Origin: Gemmatimonadaceae bacterium
GTDB lineage: Bacteria > Gemmatimonadota > Gemmatimonadetes > Gemmatimonadales > Gemmatimonadaceae
NCBI GenBank assembly: GCA_040902005.1
Contig: JBBDYA010000099.1
Coordinates: 68,132 to 90,221 of the forward strand
Length of the DNA: 22,090 nucleotides
Direction: 5' to 3'
The position numbers and the translations under genes were made by a program. Position 1 is the first letter of the stretch. Every line of letters starts with the position of its first letter. A model generated the notes under the pieces. The model made no database searches. It saw only the letters and a list, made by a program, of their open reading frames with translations, and had not been told where the DNA came from. Positions 1 through 7,840 of the stretch are shown here, piece by piece.

Positions 1-52
1 CCCCCCCCCCCCTGCCCGGTTTTCCCTGTCCCCCCAGCTTCTCTCCCGTCAC

Positions 53-3000
53 ATGCGGAAATCCCTGAACGCCACAGCGCTCACGTTCGCGCTCGCCCAT
101 CTCCTCGGAGCGCAGGATCCTGCGCCCACGCCACCCGACTCCGCGGCGAGACCCGGGTCGGCAACGACGATTCCGGCCAAGTGGGACGTATCGGCACGCC
201 GCGCGACGGCGCAGGATGTGGAGTTCGAGACCACCGAGGGCACCTGGATCTCGCTCGATATCGCGCCCGACGGACGGACGATCGTCTTCGACCTGCTGGG
301 CGACATCTACACGATGCCCATCGCCGGCGGCGCGGCTACCCTGGTCCTGGGCGGTCCCGCGTTCGAGTGGCAGCCCCGCTTCTCCCCGGACGGCAAGCGC
401 ATCGCATTCACGTCGGATCGTGACGGGTTGGTGAACGTCTGGACGATGGATCTTCAGGGCACGGATCTGCGCCAGGTCTCCAAGGAGCGGGAACGCGAAG
501 TCTCGAATCCCGCCTGGACCCCCGATGGCCAGTACCTCGTGGCACGCAAGCATTTCCGCAACACCCGGTCGCTGGGCTCCGGCGAGATGTGGCTGTACCA
601 CAGCGCGGGAGGCAACGGGCTCAAGCTCACCACGCGTCGCAACTGGGAGCAGAACGCCACGGAGCCCACGGTGTCCCCGGACGGACGGTACGTGTACTTC
701 TCCGAAGACGTGTCCTCCGGCGGCGGATTCCAGTACAACAGGAATCCGCACGGCGTGGTGTACGTGGTGCAGCGACTCGATCGCACCACGGGCGAGCGAG
801 ACACGGAAGTCCGCGGCCCCGGAGGATCGCTGCGGCCGCAGATCTCGCCGGATGGCAGATCCATGGCCTTCGTGCGCCGCGTGGGCCTCAAGAGCGCGCT
901 CTTTCTGCGGGACCTCGAGAGCGGCCGCGAACGGCCGCTGTGGGACGGGCTGGATCACGACCAGCAGGAGGCCTGGGCGATCTACGGCACGTATCCCGGG
1001 TATGCCTTCACCCCGGACGGCCGGCGCATCCTCATCTGGGCGCAAGGCCGGATCCAGAGCGTGGACGTCGCCACCGGCAGGGCGACGGTGGTCCCCTTCA
1101 CCGCGCGCGTGAAGCAGACCATCACGGACGCCGTGCGTTTTCCGCAGCAGGTGGCGCCCGACAGTTTCGACGTGAAGATGCTGCGCTGGGTGCAGGTCTC
1201 GCCGGACCAGCGGCGCGTGGCGTACACGGCGCTCGGCAAGCTCTGGGTGAAGGACCTGCCCAACGGCACGCCGCGCCGCGTCACGCGCGACGCGCGCAAT
1301 CAGGAACTCTATCCGTCCTGGTCGGCTGACGGCCGCTGGCTCGTCTACGCCACCTGGAACGAGGACTCCCTCGGTGCGATTCGGGTGATCGGGACCGACG
1401 GGCGCAACGCGCGCCGACTCACCACGCGCCCGGGACACTACAGCGAGCCGCGCTTCTCCGAGGACGGCCGCCAGGTGGTGTTTCGTCGCATCGGTGGCGA
1501 CGGACTGCGCGGCAACCTCTACACCCGCGACCTCGGCGTGTACATCGTCGCGGCCGCCGGCGGCGACCCGCGCCTCGTCACCGAGCAGGGGGTGGACCCG
1601 CGCTTCAATCGCGCGAGCGATCGCGTCTTCCTCACCACGTCCGAAGAGCAGAAGCGCGCGCTCGTCAGCGTCAATCTCACGGGCGGCGAGCGGCGCGTGC
1701 ACGTCCTGGCGCAGAACGGCACGCAATTCGTGCCGTCACCCGACGAACGGTTCGTCGCGTGGATCGAGCGCTTCAATGCCTACATCGCTCCGCTGCCGCT
1801 GACCGGGGCGGGAGTGGACGTCAGCCCCTCGACATCGGACTTTCCGGCCCGCCGGATTTCCCGCGACGCGGGGCTGTACCTGCACTGGGCGCCGGACTCG
1901 CGCCGCATCTACTGGGCGCTGGGGGCGGAACTGTTTCAGCGCGACGTGGCGCAGACGTTCGCCTTCGAGACGCAGGACACCACCACGCTCCGAAAGGACC
2001 CCGAGAGCACGGGGATGCCGATCGGATTGCGCGCCGATCTCGACGAACCCTCGGGCCGGCTGGCGCTCACGGGCGCGACCGCGATCACCATGAACGGCGA
2101 CGAGGTGATTCCGAACGCCACGGTGGTCATCGACCGGAATCGCATCGTGGCCATCGGGCCCGCCGGACAGGTGCAGGTGCCGGCGGACGCGCGGCGCGTG
2201 GACGTCGCGGGCAAGTTTCTCATGCCGGGCCTGGTGGACGCGCACGCGCACGTGGGCACCGGCTCCAGCGGCATCGCGCCCGCGAAGAACTGGGCGCTGC
2301 TCGCCAACCTCGCGTTCGGCGTCACGACGATGCACGACCCGTCGAACAACAGCGAGATGGTCTTCAGCACGTCCGAGTCCATCAAGGCGGGCGCGATCGT
2401 CGGACCCCGGCTCTTTTCCACCGGCACGATCCTCTACGGCGCGGAGGGCGGCGCGAAGGCAATCACCACGTCGTTCGAGGACGCCCTCACGCACCTGCGG
2501 CGCATGAAGGCGCTCGGTGCCTTCAGCGTGAAGAGCTACAACCAGCCGCGGCGCGACGCGCGACAGCAGATCGTGGAAGCCGCGCGTCAGCTGGAAATGA
2601 TGGTGGTCCCGGAGGGCGGCAGCACCCTGTCCACCAACATCACCATGTTCATGGACGGACACACGGGGCTGGAGCACAACATCCCCGTCGCCCCGCTGTA
2701 CAACGACGTGCTCAGCGTGATGGCGGCCAGCAAGACGGGGTACACGCCCACGCTCATCGTGAACTACGGCGGCCTGAGCGGCGAATACTGGTGGTACCAG
2801 CACGACAACGTGTACGAGAACGCGCGCCTCCTGCACTTCACGCCCAGGGGACAACTCGACGCGCGCGCGCGGCGGCGCGACATGGCCGCGGACGACGATT
2901 TCCACTTCGTCGAAGTGTCCCGGGCGGCCAAGGCCTTCGCCGATCGCGGCGGGAGCGTCCAGATAGGCGCGCATGGGCAGATCGACGGCATCGGCGCGCA

Positions 3001-3325
3001 CTGGGAAACGTGGATGCTCCAGATGGGCGGCATGACCAACCATGAGGCGCTTCGGGCGGCGACGCTCAACGGTGCCCGGTACCTCGGGCTCGATCGCGAC
3101 ATCGGATCGCTCCAGACCGGTAAGCTCGCGGACATCCTGGTGCTGGACCGCAATCCCCTGACCGACATCAGGAACAGCGCGTCGGTGCGCTACACGATCC
3201 TCAACGGGCGCGTCTTCGACGCCGAGTCCATGGCCCAGCTCGGAAACCATCCGGCCCCCGCGCCAGCGCCCACCTGGCGCGAGAATCAGGCATCGGCGAG
3301 CTCGACGTCAGGCATCCAGCACTAG
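53..3325 (+). CDS. Secreted amidohydrolase-family protein with N-terminal TolB-like (PD40/WD40-like) beta-propellers
   Basis: 1090-aa ORF with signal peptide and many 'P.FSPDG' propeller repeats. C-terminal amidohydrolase has 'MPGLVDAHAH' (HxH metal motif), 'GVTTMHD' and 'GSLQTGKLADILVL'. Confidence 0.9.
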   Translation: MRKSLNATALTFALAHLLGAQDPAPTPPDSAARPGSATTIPAKWDVSARRATAQDVEFETTEGTWISLDIAPDGRTIVFDLLGDIYTMPIAGGAATLVLGGPAFEWQPRFSPDGKRIAFTSDRDGLVNVWTMDLQGTDLRQVSKEREREVSNPAWTPDGQYLVARKHFRNTRSLGSGEMWLYHSAGGNGLKLTTRRNWEQNATEPTVSPDGRYVYFSEDVSSGGGFQYNRNPHGVVYVVQRLDRTTGERDTEVRGPGGSLRPQISPDGRSMAFVRRVGLKSALFLRDLESGRERPLWDGLDHDQQEAWAIYGTYPGYAFTPDGRRILIWAQGRIQSVDVATGRATVVPFTARVKQTITDAVRFPQQVAPDSFDVKMLRWVQVSPDQRRVAYTALGKLWVKDLPNGTPRRVTRDARNQELYPSWSADGRWLVYATWNEDSLGAIRVIGTDGRNARRLTTRPGHYSEPRFSEDGRQVVFRRIGGDGLRGNLYTRDLGVYIVAAAGGDPRLVTEQGVDPRFNRASDRVFLTTSEEQKRALVSVNLTGGERRVHVLAQNGTQFVPSPDERFVAWIERFNAYIAPLPLTGAGVDVSPSTSDFPARRISRDAGLYLHWAPDSRRIYWALGAELFQRDVAQTFAFETQDTTTLRKDPESTGMPIGLRADLDEPSGRLALTGATAITMNGDEVIPNATVVIDRNRIVAIGPAGQVQVPADARRVDVAGKFLMPGLVDAHAHVGTGSSGIAPAKNWALLANLAFGVTTMHDPSNNSEMVFSTSESIKAGAIVGPRLFSTGTILYGAEGGAKAITTSFEDALTHLRRMKALGAFSVKSYNQPRRDARQQIVEAARQLEMMVVPEGGSTLSTNITMFMDGHTGLEHNIPVAPLYNDVLSVMAASKTGYTPTLIVNYGGLSGEYWWYQHDNVYENARLLHFTPRGQLDARARRRDMAADDDFHFVEVSRAAKAFADRGGSVQIGAHGQIDGIGAHWETWMLQMGGMTNHEALRAATLNGARYLGLDRDIGSLQTGKLADILVLDRNPLTDIRNSASVRYTILNGRVFDAESMAQLGNHPAPAPAPTWRENQASASSTSGIQH

Positions 3326-3365
3326 AGCAGTCAGCCGCGGGATGCGCTCGATATGACCGAGGCGC

Positions 3366-3584
3366 TCAGTTCTTGTGGCGGAAGGTGATGCGTCCGCGGG
3401 TGAGGTCGTACGGCGAGATCGCCACGATCACCTTGTCCCCCGCGATGACGCGAATCCGGAATCGCCGCATCTTGCCAGCGAGGCTCGCGACCACGTTGTG
3501 CCCATTGGACAGCGTCACGCGAAAGGTCGTGCTGGGCAGCACCTCGGCCACCGTGCCGTCCATTTCGATCGCCTGTTCCTTCAT
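3366..3584 (-). CDS. infA: Translation initiation factor IF-1 (probably a paralog)
   Basis: 72 aa with '[20 protein letters not shown]...GKMR...GDKV...[13 protein letters not shown]'. The ATG directly follows the rpsU TAG. Confidence 0.97.
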   Translation of the reverse strand: MKEQAIEMDGTVAEVLPSTTFRVTLSNGHNVVASLAGKMRRFRIRVIAGDKVIVAISPYDLTRGRITFRHKN

Positions 3585-3812
3585 CTAGTACCGACCGCGC
3601 TTGGTGGTCGCCGAACGTTTGCGCGGCGGGCGATCCTTCAGCAGGCGCCGGCGCTTGGCCGCCGCGATCTTGCGCTTGCGCACCTGGCTCGGCTTTTCGT
3701 AATGCCGGCGGCGGCGTAATTCCTTCAGGATGCCGGCCCGGTCCACCTTCTTCTTGAAGGACTTGAGCGCCCACTCCACGCGGTCGCCGTCATCCAGCGC
3801 TACTGTGACCAT
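3585..3812 (-). CDS. rpsU: 30S ribosomal protein bS21
   Basis: 'EWALKSFKKKVDRAGILKELRRRRHYEKPS' signature. SD GAGAGG at 3817-3822. Confidence 0.93.
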   Translation of the reverse strand: MVTVALDDGDRVEWALKSFKKKVDRAGILKELRRRRHYEKPSQVRKRKIAAAKRRRLLKDRPPRKRSATTKRGRY

Positions 3813-3825
3813 GAAACCTCTCGGG

Positions 3826-3863
3826 AAAAAGACGGGCCCGCCCGACAGGAGTCGGACCGGCCC
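3826..3863 (-). terminator. Intrinsic terminator between csp and rpsU
   Basis: Minus-strand RNA GGGCCGGUCCGAC-UCCU-GUCGGGCGGGCCC (12 of 13 pairs) followed by GUCUUUUU. Confidence 0.75.
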
Positions 3864-3881
3864 CTCGGTATTCAGCGTGTA

Positions 3882-4094
3882 TCAGCGACCGATGCGCGCA
3901 ACGTTCTCCGCGGCCGGACCCTTCTGGCCCTGTACCACGTCGAACTCCACCTGCTCGCCTTCATCCAGGCTCTTGTAGCCGTCGCCCTGAATCGCGGAAT
4001 GATGGACGAAGCAATCCTTCGCTCCATCGGCCGGCGTGATGAAGCCGAAGCCCTTTTCCGGGTTGAACCACTTGACTGTTCCTTTCGTACGCAT
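3882..4094 (-). CDS. csp: Cold-shock protein (CspA family)
   Basis: 70 aa, '[16 protein letters not shown]' (RNP1) and 'CFVHHSAI' (RNP2). The real start is ATG 4094 with SD GGAG at 4102-4105, not the 4211 start in the ORF track. Confidence 0.97.
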   Translation of the reverse strand: MRTKGTVKWFNPEKGFGFITPADGAKDCFVHHSAIQGDGYKSLDEGEQVEFDVVQGQKGPAAENVARIGR

Positions 4095-4100
4095 TGATGT

Positions 4101-4159
4101 ACTCCGAAATGTGTGTGCTGTAGTCGGAGTGCCACAAATGCCTACTGGCCGACGACAAC
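4101..4159 (-). promoter_or_regulatory. Putative two-state translational RNA switch in the csp 5' UTR
   Basis: ACUCCGA (4130-4124) pairs with SD-containing UCGGAGU (4107-4101). The competing helix GUUGUCGUCGG (4159-4149)/CCGACUACAGC (4127-4117) would free the SD. Confidence 0.55.
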
Positions 4160-4210
4160 TGATCGCGTGAGATGCCCCCCTCACGCTGGGTGCGCGCTCG
4201 ATCGAGCGCA

Positions 4211-4256
4211 AAGAAAAGCAAAAAAAAAGAAGGGCGATCGCGGTTGGCGAGCCCCT
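4211..4256 (-). terminator. Terminator-like hairpin plus long U tract upstream of csp (ogt terminator, csp attenuator, or A/T tract acting as UP element)
   Basis: Minus strand GGGGCUCGC-CAACC-GCGAUCGCCCU, then an ~20-nt U-rich run (plus-strand A tract 4210-4231). Confidence 0.55.
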
Positions 4257-4337
4257 CAGTAAGAACTGGAACTTGTTGACGCTATCAGAACTTAAGTGCT
4301 CGGCTGGTGGAAAGCGAGGGCCCTCCAGGGGAAACTG

Positions 4338-4913
4338 TCAAACCCAGTCGGGGTCGAGCGAGAGCTGTACCCCCCGGCGCTCGTGGGCCAGCAGCCACTT
4401 CTTACGGTGGCGTCCGCCACCGTACCCGGACAGACTGCCGTCGGCATTGATCACACGGTGGCACGGGACGATGATCGCGATGCGGTTGTCCCCGTTCGCC
4501 CGGCCTACGGCGCGCGCGGCGCCCGGCCGGTCCAGCCGCGAGGCGATCGCGTCGTAGGACGACGTCTTCCCGAACGGGATGCGCAGCAGCTCGCGCCACA
4601 CGCACGACTGGAACGGCGTTCCTTCGAGCACCAAGGGAATGGTGAATTCGCCTCGCTTTCCGAGGAAGTACTCGTCCAGTTCGCGCTGCGTCTGCATGAG
4701 CACGTCATGATCACCCTCCTCGGGCATCGTGCCGCAGATAGACTGGACGCGCCGGAGCTGCGTGGGCAGCATGGGACGGTCCTGGAATTCGCAGAGCACC
4801 AGTCCCCGCTCGTCCGCGACGGCAAGCATCGGCCCCAGCGGCGTGGTGATCTCCCGGGAGCAGACCTGCCACAGCCCTGGGTGGGCGGCGGAGGCGGCGG
4901 CGACGGCGCGCAT
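4338..4913 (-). CDS. ogt: Methylated-DNA--protein-cysteine methyltransferase (O6-alkylguanine alkyltransferase)
   Basis: 'GTPFQSCVW..L..IPFG.T.SY..IA', 'RAVGRANG.N' and active-site 'IIVPCHRVI'. Start placed at ATG 4913; uncertain. Confidence 0.93.
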   Translation of the reverse strand: MRAVAAASAAHPGLWQVCSREITTPLGPMLAVADERGLVLCEFQDRPMLPTQLRRVQSICGTMPEEGDHDVLMQTQRELDEYFLGKRGEFTIPLVLEGTPFQSCVWRELLRIPFGKTSSYDAIASRLDRPGAARAVGRANGDNRIAIIVPCHRVINADGSLSGYGGGRHRKKWLLAHERRGVQLSLDPDWV

Positions 4914-4919
4914 GGTGAA

Positions 4920-4947
4920 ATAATGGAGCATCGGGCTGGATCGGCAA
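4920..4947 (-). promoter_or_regulatory. Putative sigma70 promoter giving a leaderless ogt mRNA
   Basis: TTGCCG-16-CATTAT, followed 6 nt later by the ATG. No SD. Confidence 0.4.
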
Positions 4948-5024
4948 TACGGGCCCGGTGACCAAATCCGGCCGAGTGGAGTTTCAGGGACGGGTACCAC
5001 GGCTTCGACGTCCACTCACGCATC

Positions 5025-5462
5025 ATGGGCGGCACTTACACCACTGCACTGGGCGTACTGCTCCTCTCGCCGGATTCGGCGCTCCGCAAGACATTGCGGC
5101 GGCACCTGGATGGTGACGGACACGCGGTGCTCGCCGTTGGCTCGATCGGCGAGGCCGTCGCCCGCCTGCGCTCACGGCACTACGCCCTGGTGCTGTGCAC
5201 CAACTTCAACAACACGGAGTCGCTCGCCGACGACTACGGCCTGTTGGTGGACTCGCGCGGGCTCCTGGCGCGAAACGGCAGCTACGAGCTGTACCTGCCT
5301 GGCGTCGGCATCGACGCCCGGGCAGTGCTCATGGTCCCGGGCCGGGATCCGCTGCGCGTGGTCGGCGTCGTCCGTCAGGTGGCGGAACGCCTGGGATTCA
5401 GCCGGCGTTCCGAAGCTCGAAGCAGCAGCGGGGCCGGCCAGTCCGATCGCAGCACTCCGTGA
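5025..5462 (+). CDS. Hypothetical protein with degenerate CheY-like receiver N-terminus
   Basis: 'VLLLSPDSALRKTLRRHL..DGHAVLAVGSIGEAVARL....YALVLCT' follows the receiver beta1-alpha1-beta2-alpha2-beta3 pattern, with GC-rich codon usage. The 3' end overlaps the convergent gene by 65 nt. Confidence 0.6.
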   Translation: MGGTYTTALGVLLLSPDSALRKTLRRHLDGDGHAVLAVGSIGEAVARLRSRHYALVLCTNFNNTESLADDYGLLVDSRGLLARNGSYELYLPGVGIDARAVLMVPGRDPLRVVGVVRQVAERLGFSRRSEARSSSGAGQSDRSTP

Positions 5463-6036
5463 CCTTCGCGCCCGAGACTTCCGCGACGAGCGATTCCACC
5501 GCGCGGCAGACCTGAGGGCTGCGCGACACCGCCGTCGCCAGCGGACATGCCGCGCCGCGCAAGGTCGCGGAGCCGCGGCGTTCTTCCACGCTGACCGCGC
5601 CGCCCAAGGCCGTCAGCACCGCCGCCGCTGCCTGGGCGCGCGCCATCAAGTCACCCGGCGCGCGCCCGCCGACCGTCGCCGCCAGGCGTCGCCCCGTCTC
5701 GCGCAGCACGCGGTGGGCGTCGCGTTCCGGCAGCTGGTCGGTGATCACCTCGAGGAGAGCGGACAGCACCGGCGCGTAGGCCCGTGACAGCGTCGGCTCG
5801 GCGTCGGGGTGCAGCTCGAAGAGGACGGCAGGCTTGCCCGCTCCCTCGCCGCGGCGTACGCCGGCCTGGCGAATCATGCCGTCGCGCTCCAGGCTCACGA
5901 GGTGTGCGCGCACCGCGTTGTCGGTCAGGACCACCTCGCGCGCGAGCTCCTCGACCGTGAAGGCGCTCGCGCGCAACAGCGCGACGATCCTGCCGCGCGT
6001 GCTCTCCCGGAATCGTCGGCCAAGCAAAGTGGACAC
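5398..6036 (-). CDS. ArsR/SufR-like wHTH transcriptional regulator with C-terminal Cys cluster
   Basis: 'TRGRIVALL...TVEELA....LTDNAVRAHL..LERDG...GAGKP' HTH and C-terminal CPL-x10-C...CC...CC. Start placed at GTG 6036 after AGGAG; the ORF-track TTG at 6096 is a -35 box. Confidence 0.85.
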   Translation of the reverse strand: MSTLLGRRFRESTRGRIVALLRASAFTVEELAREVVLTDNAVRAHLVSLERDGMIRQAGVRRGEGAGKPAVLFELHPDAEPTLSRAYAPVLSALLEVITDQLPERDAHRVLRETGRRLAATVGGRAPGDLMARAQAAAAVLTALGGAVSVEERRGSATLRGAACPLATAVSRSPQVCRAVESLVAEVSGAKVTECCDRTGRPRCCFELRNAG

Positions 6037-6066
6037 GGTGCCTGCGTGCTCCTGCGAAAGTGATGC

Positions 6067-6143
6067 AATCTGCGCGCGGACGCCTGCGAAAGTCAAATAA
6101 CTCCACTAAGTACTTGACTTATTTACGCCACCGTCGTATCACT
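6067..6143. promoter_or_regulatory. Back-to-back divergent promoters with a palindromic operator
   Basis: AAGTCAAATA(6090-6099)-N11-TACTTGACTT(6111-6120), 9/10 inverted repeat, each arm containing TTGACT. Plus strand TTGACT-17-TATCAC; minus strand TTGACT-18-CAGATT. Confidence 0.6.
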
Positions 6144-6175
6144 GTCACACCCACGCTTCACGGAGATTCATCACG

Positions 6176-6295
6176 ATGCGCCGATCCACCGCCACGGAGC
6201 TCAAGGACTTCGTGACCTGTCCGGCACCCGCGTTCGAGGCACATCGCCTGGCGGCGGAGAATCTCCAGAACAAGCTTTCCACGCGTGGCAACTGA
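6176..6295 (+). pseudogene. 39-codon ORF, possibly an internally deleted remnant of a DUF4142-like gene, or a leader peptide
   Basis: SD GGAG at 6162-6165, then ATG 6176: [39 protein letters not shown]. It overlaps the next start codon. 'ELKDFV...PAFEAH...AENLQNKL' recalls the DUF4142 C-terminal helix (from memory). Confidence 0.45.
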
Positions 6296-7838
6296 ACAGG
6301 AAGCCCTGACCGGCCCGGATTTCACCGGGGGCGTGCCGCTGTCCAGCGTTCCGGACGGCGGCTCGCTCGGCGGGAATGCGCACGGCCAGCCCGTGCTGCT
6401 CGCGCGATTCGGCGACGAGGTCTTCGCGGTGGGCGGCAAGTGCACGCACTATGGCGGGCCGCTCGCCGAGGGACTCGTCGTCGCGCATACGGTGCGCTGT
6501 CCCTGGCACCACGCGTGCTTCGATCTGCGCACGGGCGAAGCACTCGGCGCGCCGGCGCTGCATCCCCTGCCGCGCTGGACAGTGGAACGGCGGGGCCTCG
6601 AGGTGTTCGTCACCGCGGAAGCGGTGGGCGCGACCGCTCCCCCGCGCTCCAGGGCCGCGCGCGCCGGGTCGATTCCGGAGCGGATCGTGATCGTCGGCGC
6701 GGGCGCCGCGGCAGACGCGGCCGCGGACGCGCTGCGGCGCGAAGGATACGGCGGGGCGATCACGATGTTCGGCTCCGACCCGTCTCCGCCGTATGACCGG
6801 CCGAACCTCTCGAAAGACTTCCTTGCCGGCAACGCGCCCGAGGAATGGATTCCCCTGCGGCCGGCATCCTACCATGAAGACAACGGTATCCGGCTCGTGC
6901 TGGGCCGCACGGTCACTGCGATCGATCGCGGCGGACGGCGCGTCGTCCTGGACGACGGCACGAACGAGTCGTACGGCGCGCTCCTCCTCGCGACCGGCGC
7001 CTCGCCGGTGCCGCTGCCGGCGGCAGTGAGCCATCCGCGCGTGCACTACCTGCGCACGCTGGCCGATAGTCGCGCGATCATCGCCGCGGCCGGCGACGCG
7101 CGCGTCGCGGTGGTGATCGGCGCGAGCTTCATCGGCCTGGAGGTCGCCGCGGCGCTGCGGGCGCGCGGCATCGACGTCCACGTCGTCGCGCCGGAGCCGC
7201 ACCCGCTGGAGCGCGTCCTGGGACGCGCGCTCGGCGATTTCGTGCGCGCGTTGCACGAGTCACATGGGGTGGCCTTTCACCTGGGGCGCGGGGTCGCGAC
7301 CGTCGCCGCCGATTCGGTCACGCTCGACGACGGGGAGCGCATCGTCGCCGATCTCGTCGTCGCGGGGATCGGCGTGCGGCCGAACGAAGCGTTGGCCGCT
7401 CAGGCATCGCTCGACGTGGGCAACGGCATCCTGGTGAACGCGTACCTCCAGACGAGCGCGCCTGGGATTTTCGCGGCCGGCGACGTCGCGCGATATCCCG
7501 ACCACCGCACGGGCGAGCGCATCCGCGTGGAACACTGGGTCGCCGCGCAGCGCCAGGGGCAGGCGGCCGCGCGCAACCTGCTCGGCGCCGGCGAGCCGTT
7601 CGAGACACCTCCCTTCTTCTGGAGCCAGCATTACGACGTCGCGATCGCGTACGTCGGGCACGCGGTCTTGTGGGATGCGGTCGACGTCGAAGGACGTCTC
7701 GCGGATCGGGACTGCGCGATCACGTATCGCTCGAACGGCCGGACGCTCGCGGTAGCGACGGTCGGACGCGACCGCGCCAGCCTGGAAGCGGAGCTCGCCC
7801 TGGAGCGACAGCGGAACATCACCACCTCGGAGGAGTGA
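6285..7838 (+). CDS. Rieske [2Fe-2S] ferredoxin fused to FAD/NAD(P)H-dependent ferredoxin reductase (AIF-like)
   Basis: Rieske 'CTHYGGPL...VRCPWH'. Reductase motifs 'IVIVGAGAA', 'PYDRPNLSK', 'LLLATG', '[14 protein letters not shown]', 'IFAAGDVA', 'RVEHW' and 'PFFWSQHY'. Confidence 0.93.
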   Translation: MATEQEALTGPDFTGGVPLSSVPDGGSLGGNAHGQPVLLARFGDEVFAVGGKCTHYGGPLAEGLVVAHTVRCPWHHACFDLRTGEALGAPALHPLPRWTVERRGLEVFVTAEAVGATAPPRSRAARAGSIPERIVIVGAGAAADAAADALRREGYGGAITMFGSDPSPPYDRPNLSKDFLAGNAPEEWIPLRPASYHEDNGIRLVLGRTVTAIDRGGRRVVLDDGTNESYGALLLATGASPVPLPAAVSHPRVHYLRTLADSRAIIAAAGDARVAVVIGASFIGLEVAAALRARGIDVHVVAPEPHPLERVLGRALGDFVRALHESHGVAFHLGRGVATVAADSVTLDDGERIVADLVVAGIGVRPNEALAAQASLDVGNGILVNAYLQTSAPGIFAAGDVARYPDHRTGERIRVEHWVAAQRQGQAAARNLLGAGEPFETPPFFWSQHYDVAIAYVGHAVLWDAVDVEGRLADRDCAITYRSNGRTLAVATVGRDRASLEAELALERQRNITTSEE

Positions 7839-7840
7839 TC

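Noticed and set aside
1..12. Poly-C run at the window start
   Set aside because: At the edge with no context; could be a homopolymer or assembly artefact.
1736..3250. 504-aa minus-strand and 428-aa alternative-frame ORFs
   Set aside because: Shadow frames of the amidohydrolase gene.
6037..6096. N-terminal extensions in the ORF track (regulator, csp, folE, dksA-like, bla, LVIVD, ogt)
   Set aside because: The extensions run through promoter, UTR or neighbouring-gene sequence; downstream starts fit SD positions or family domain boundaries better.
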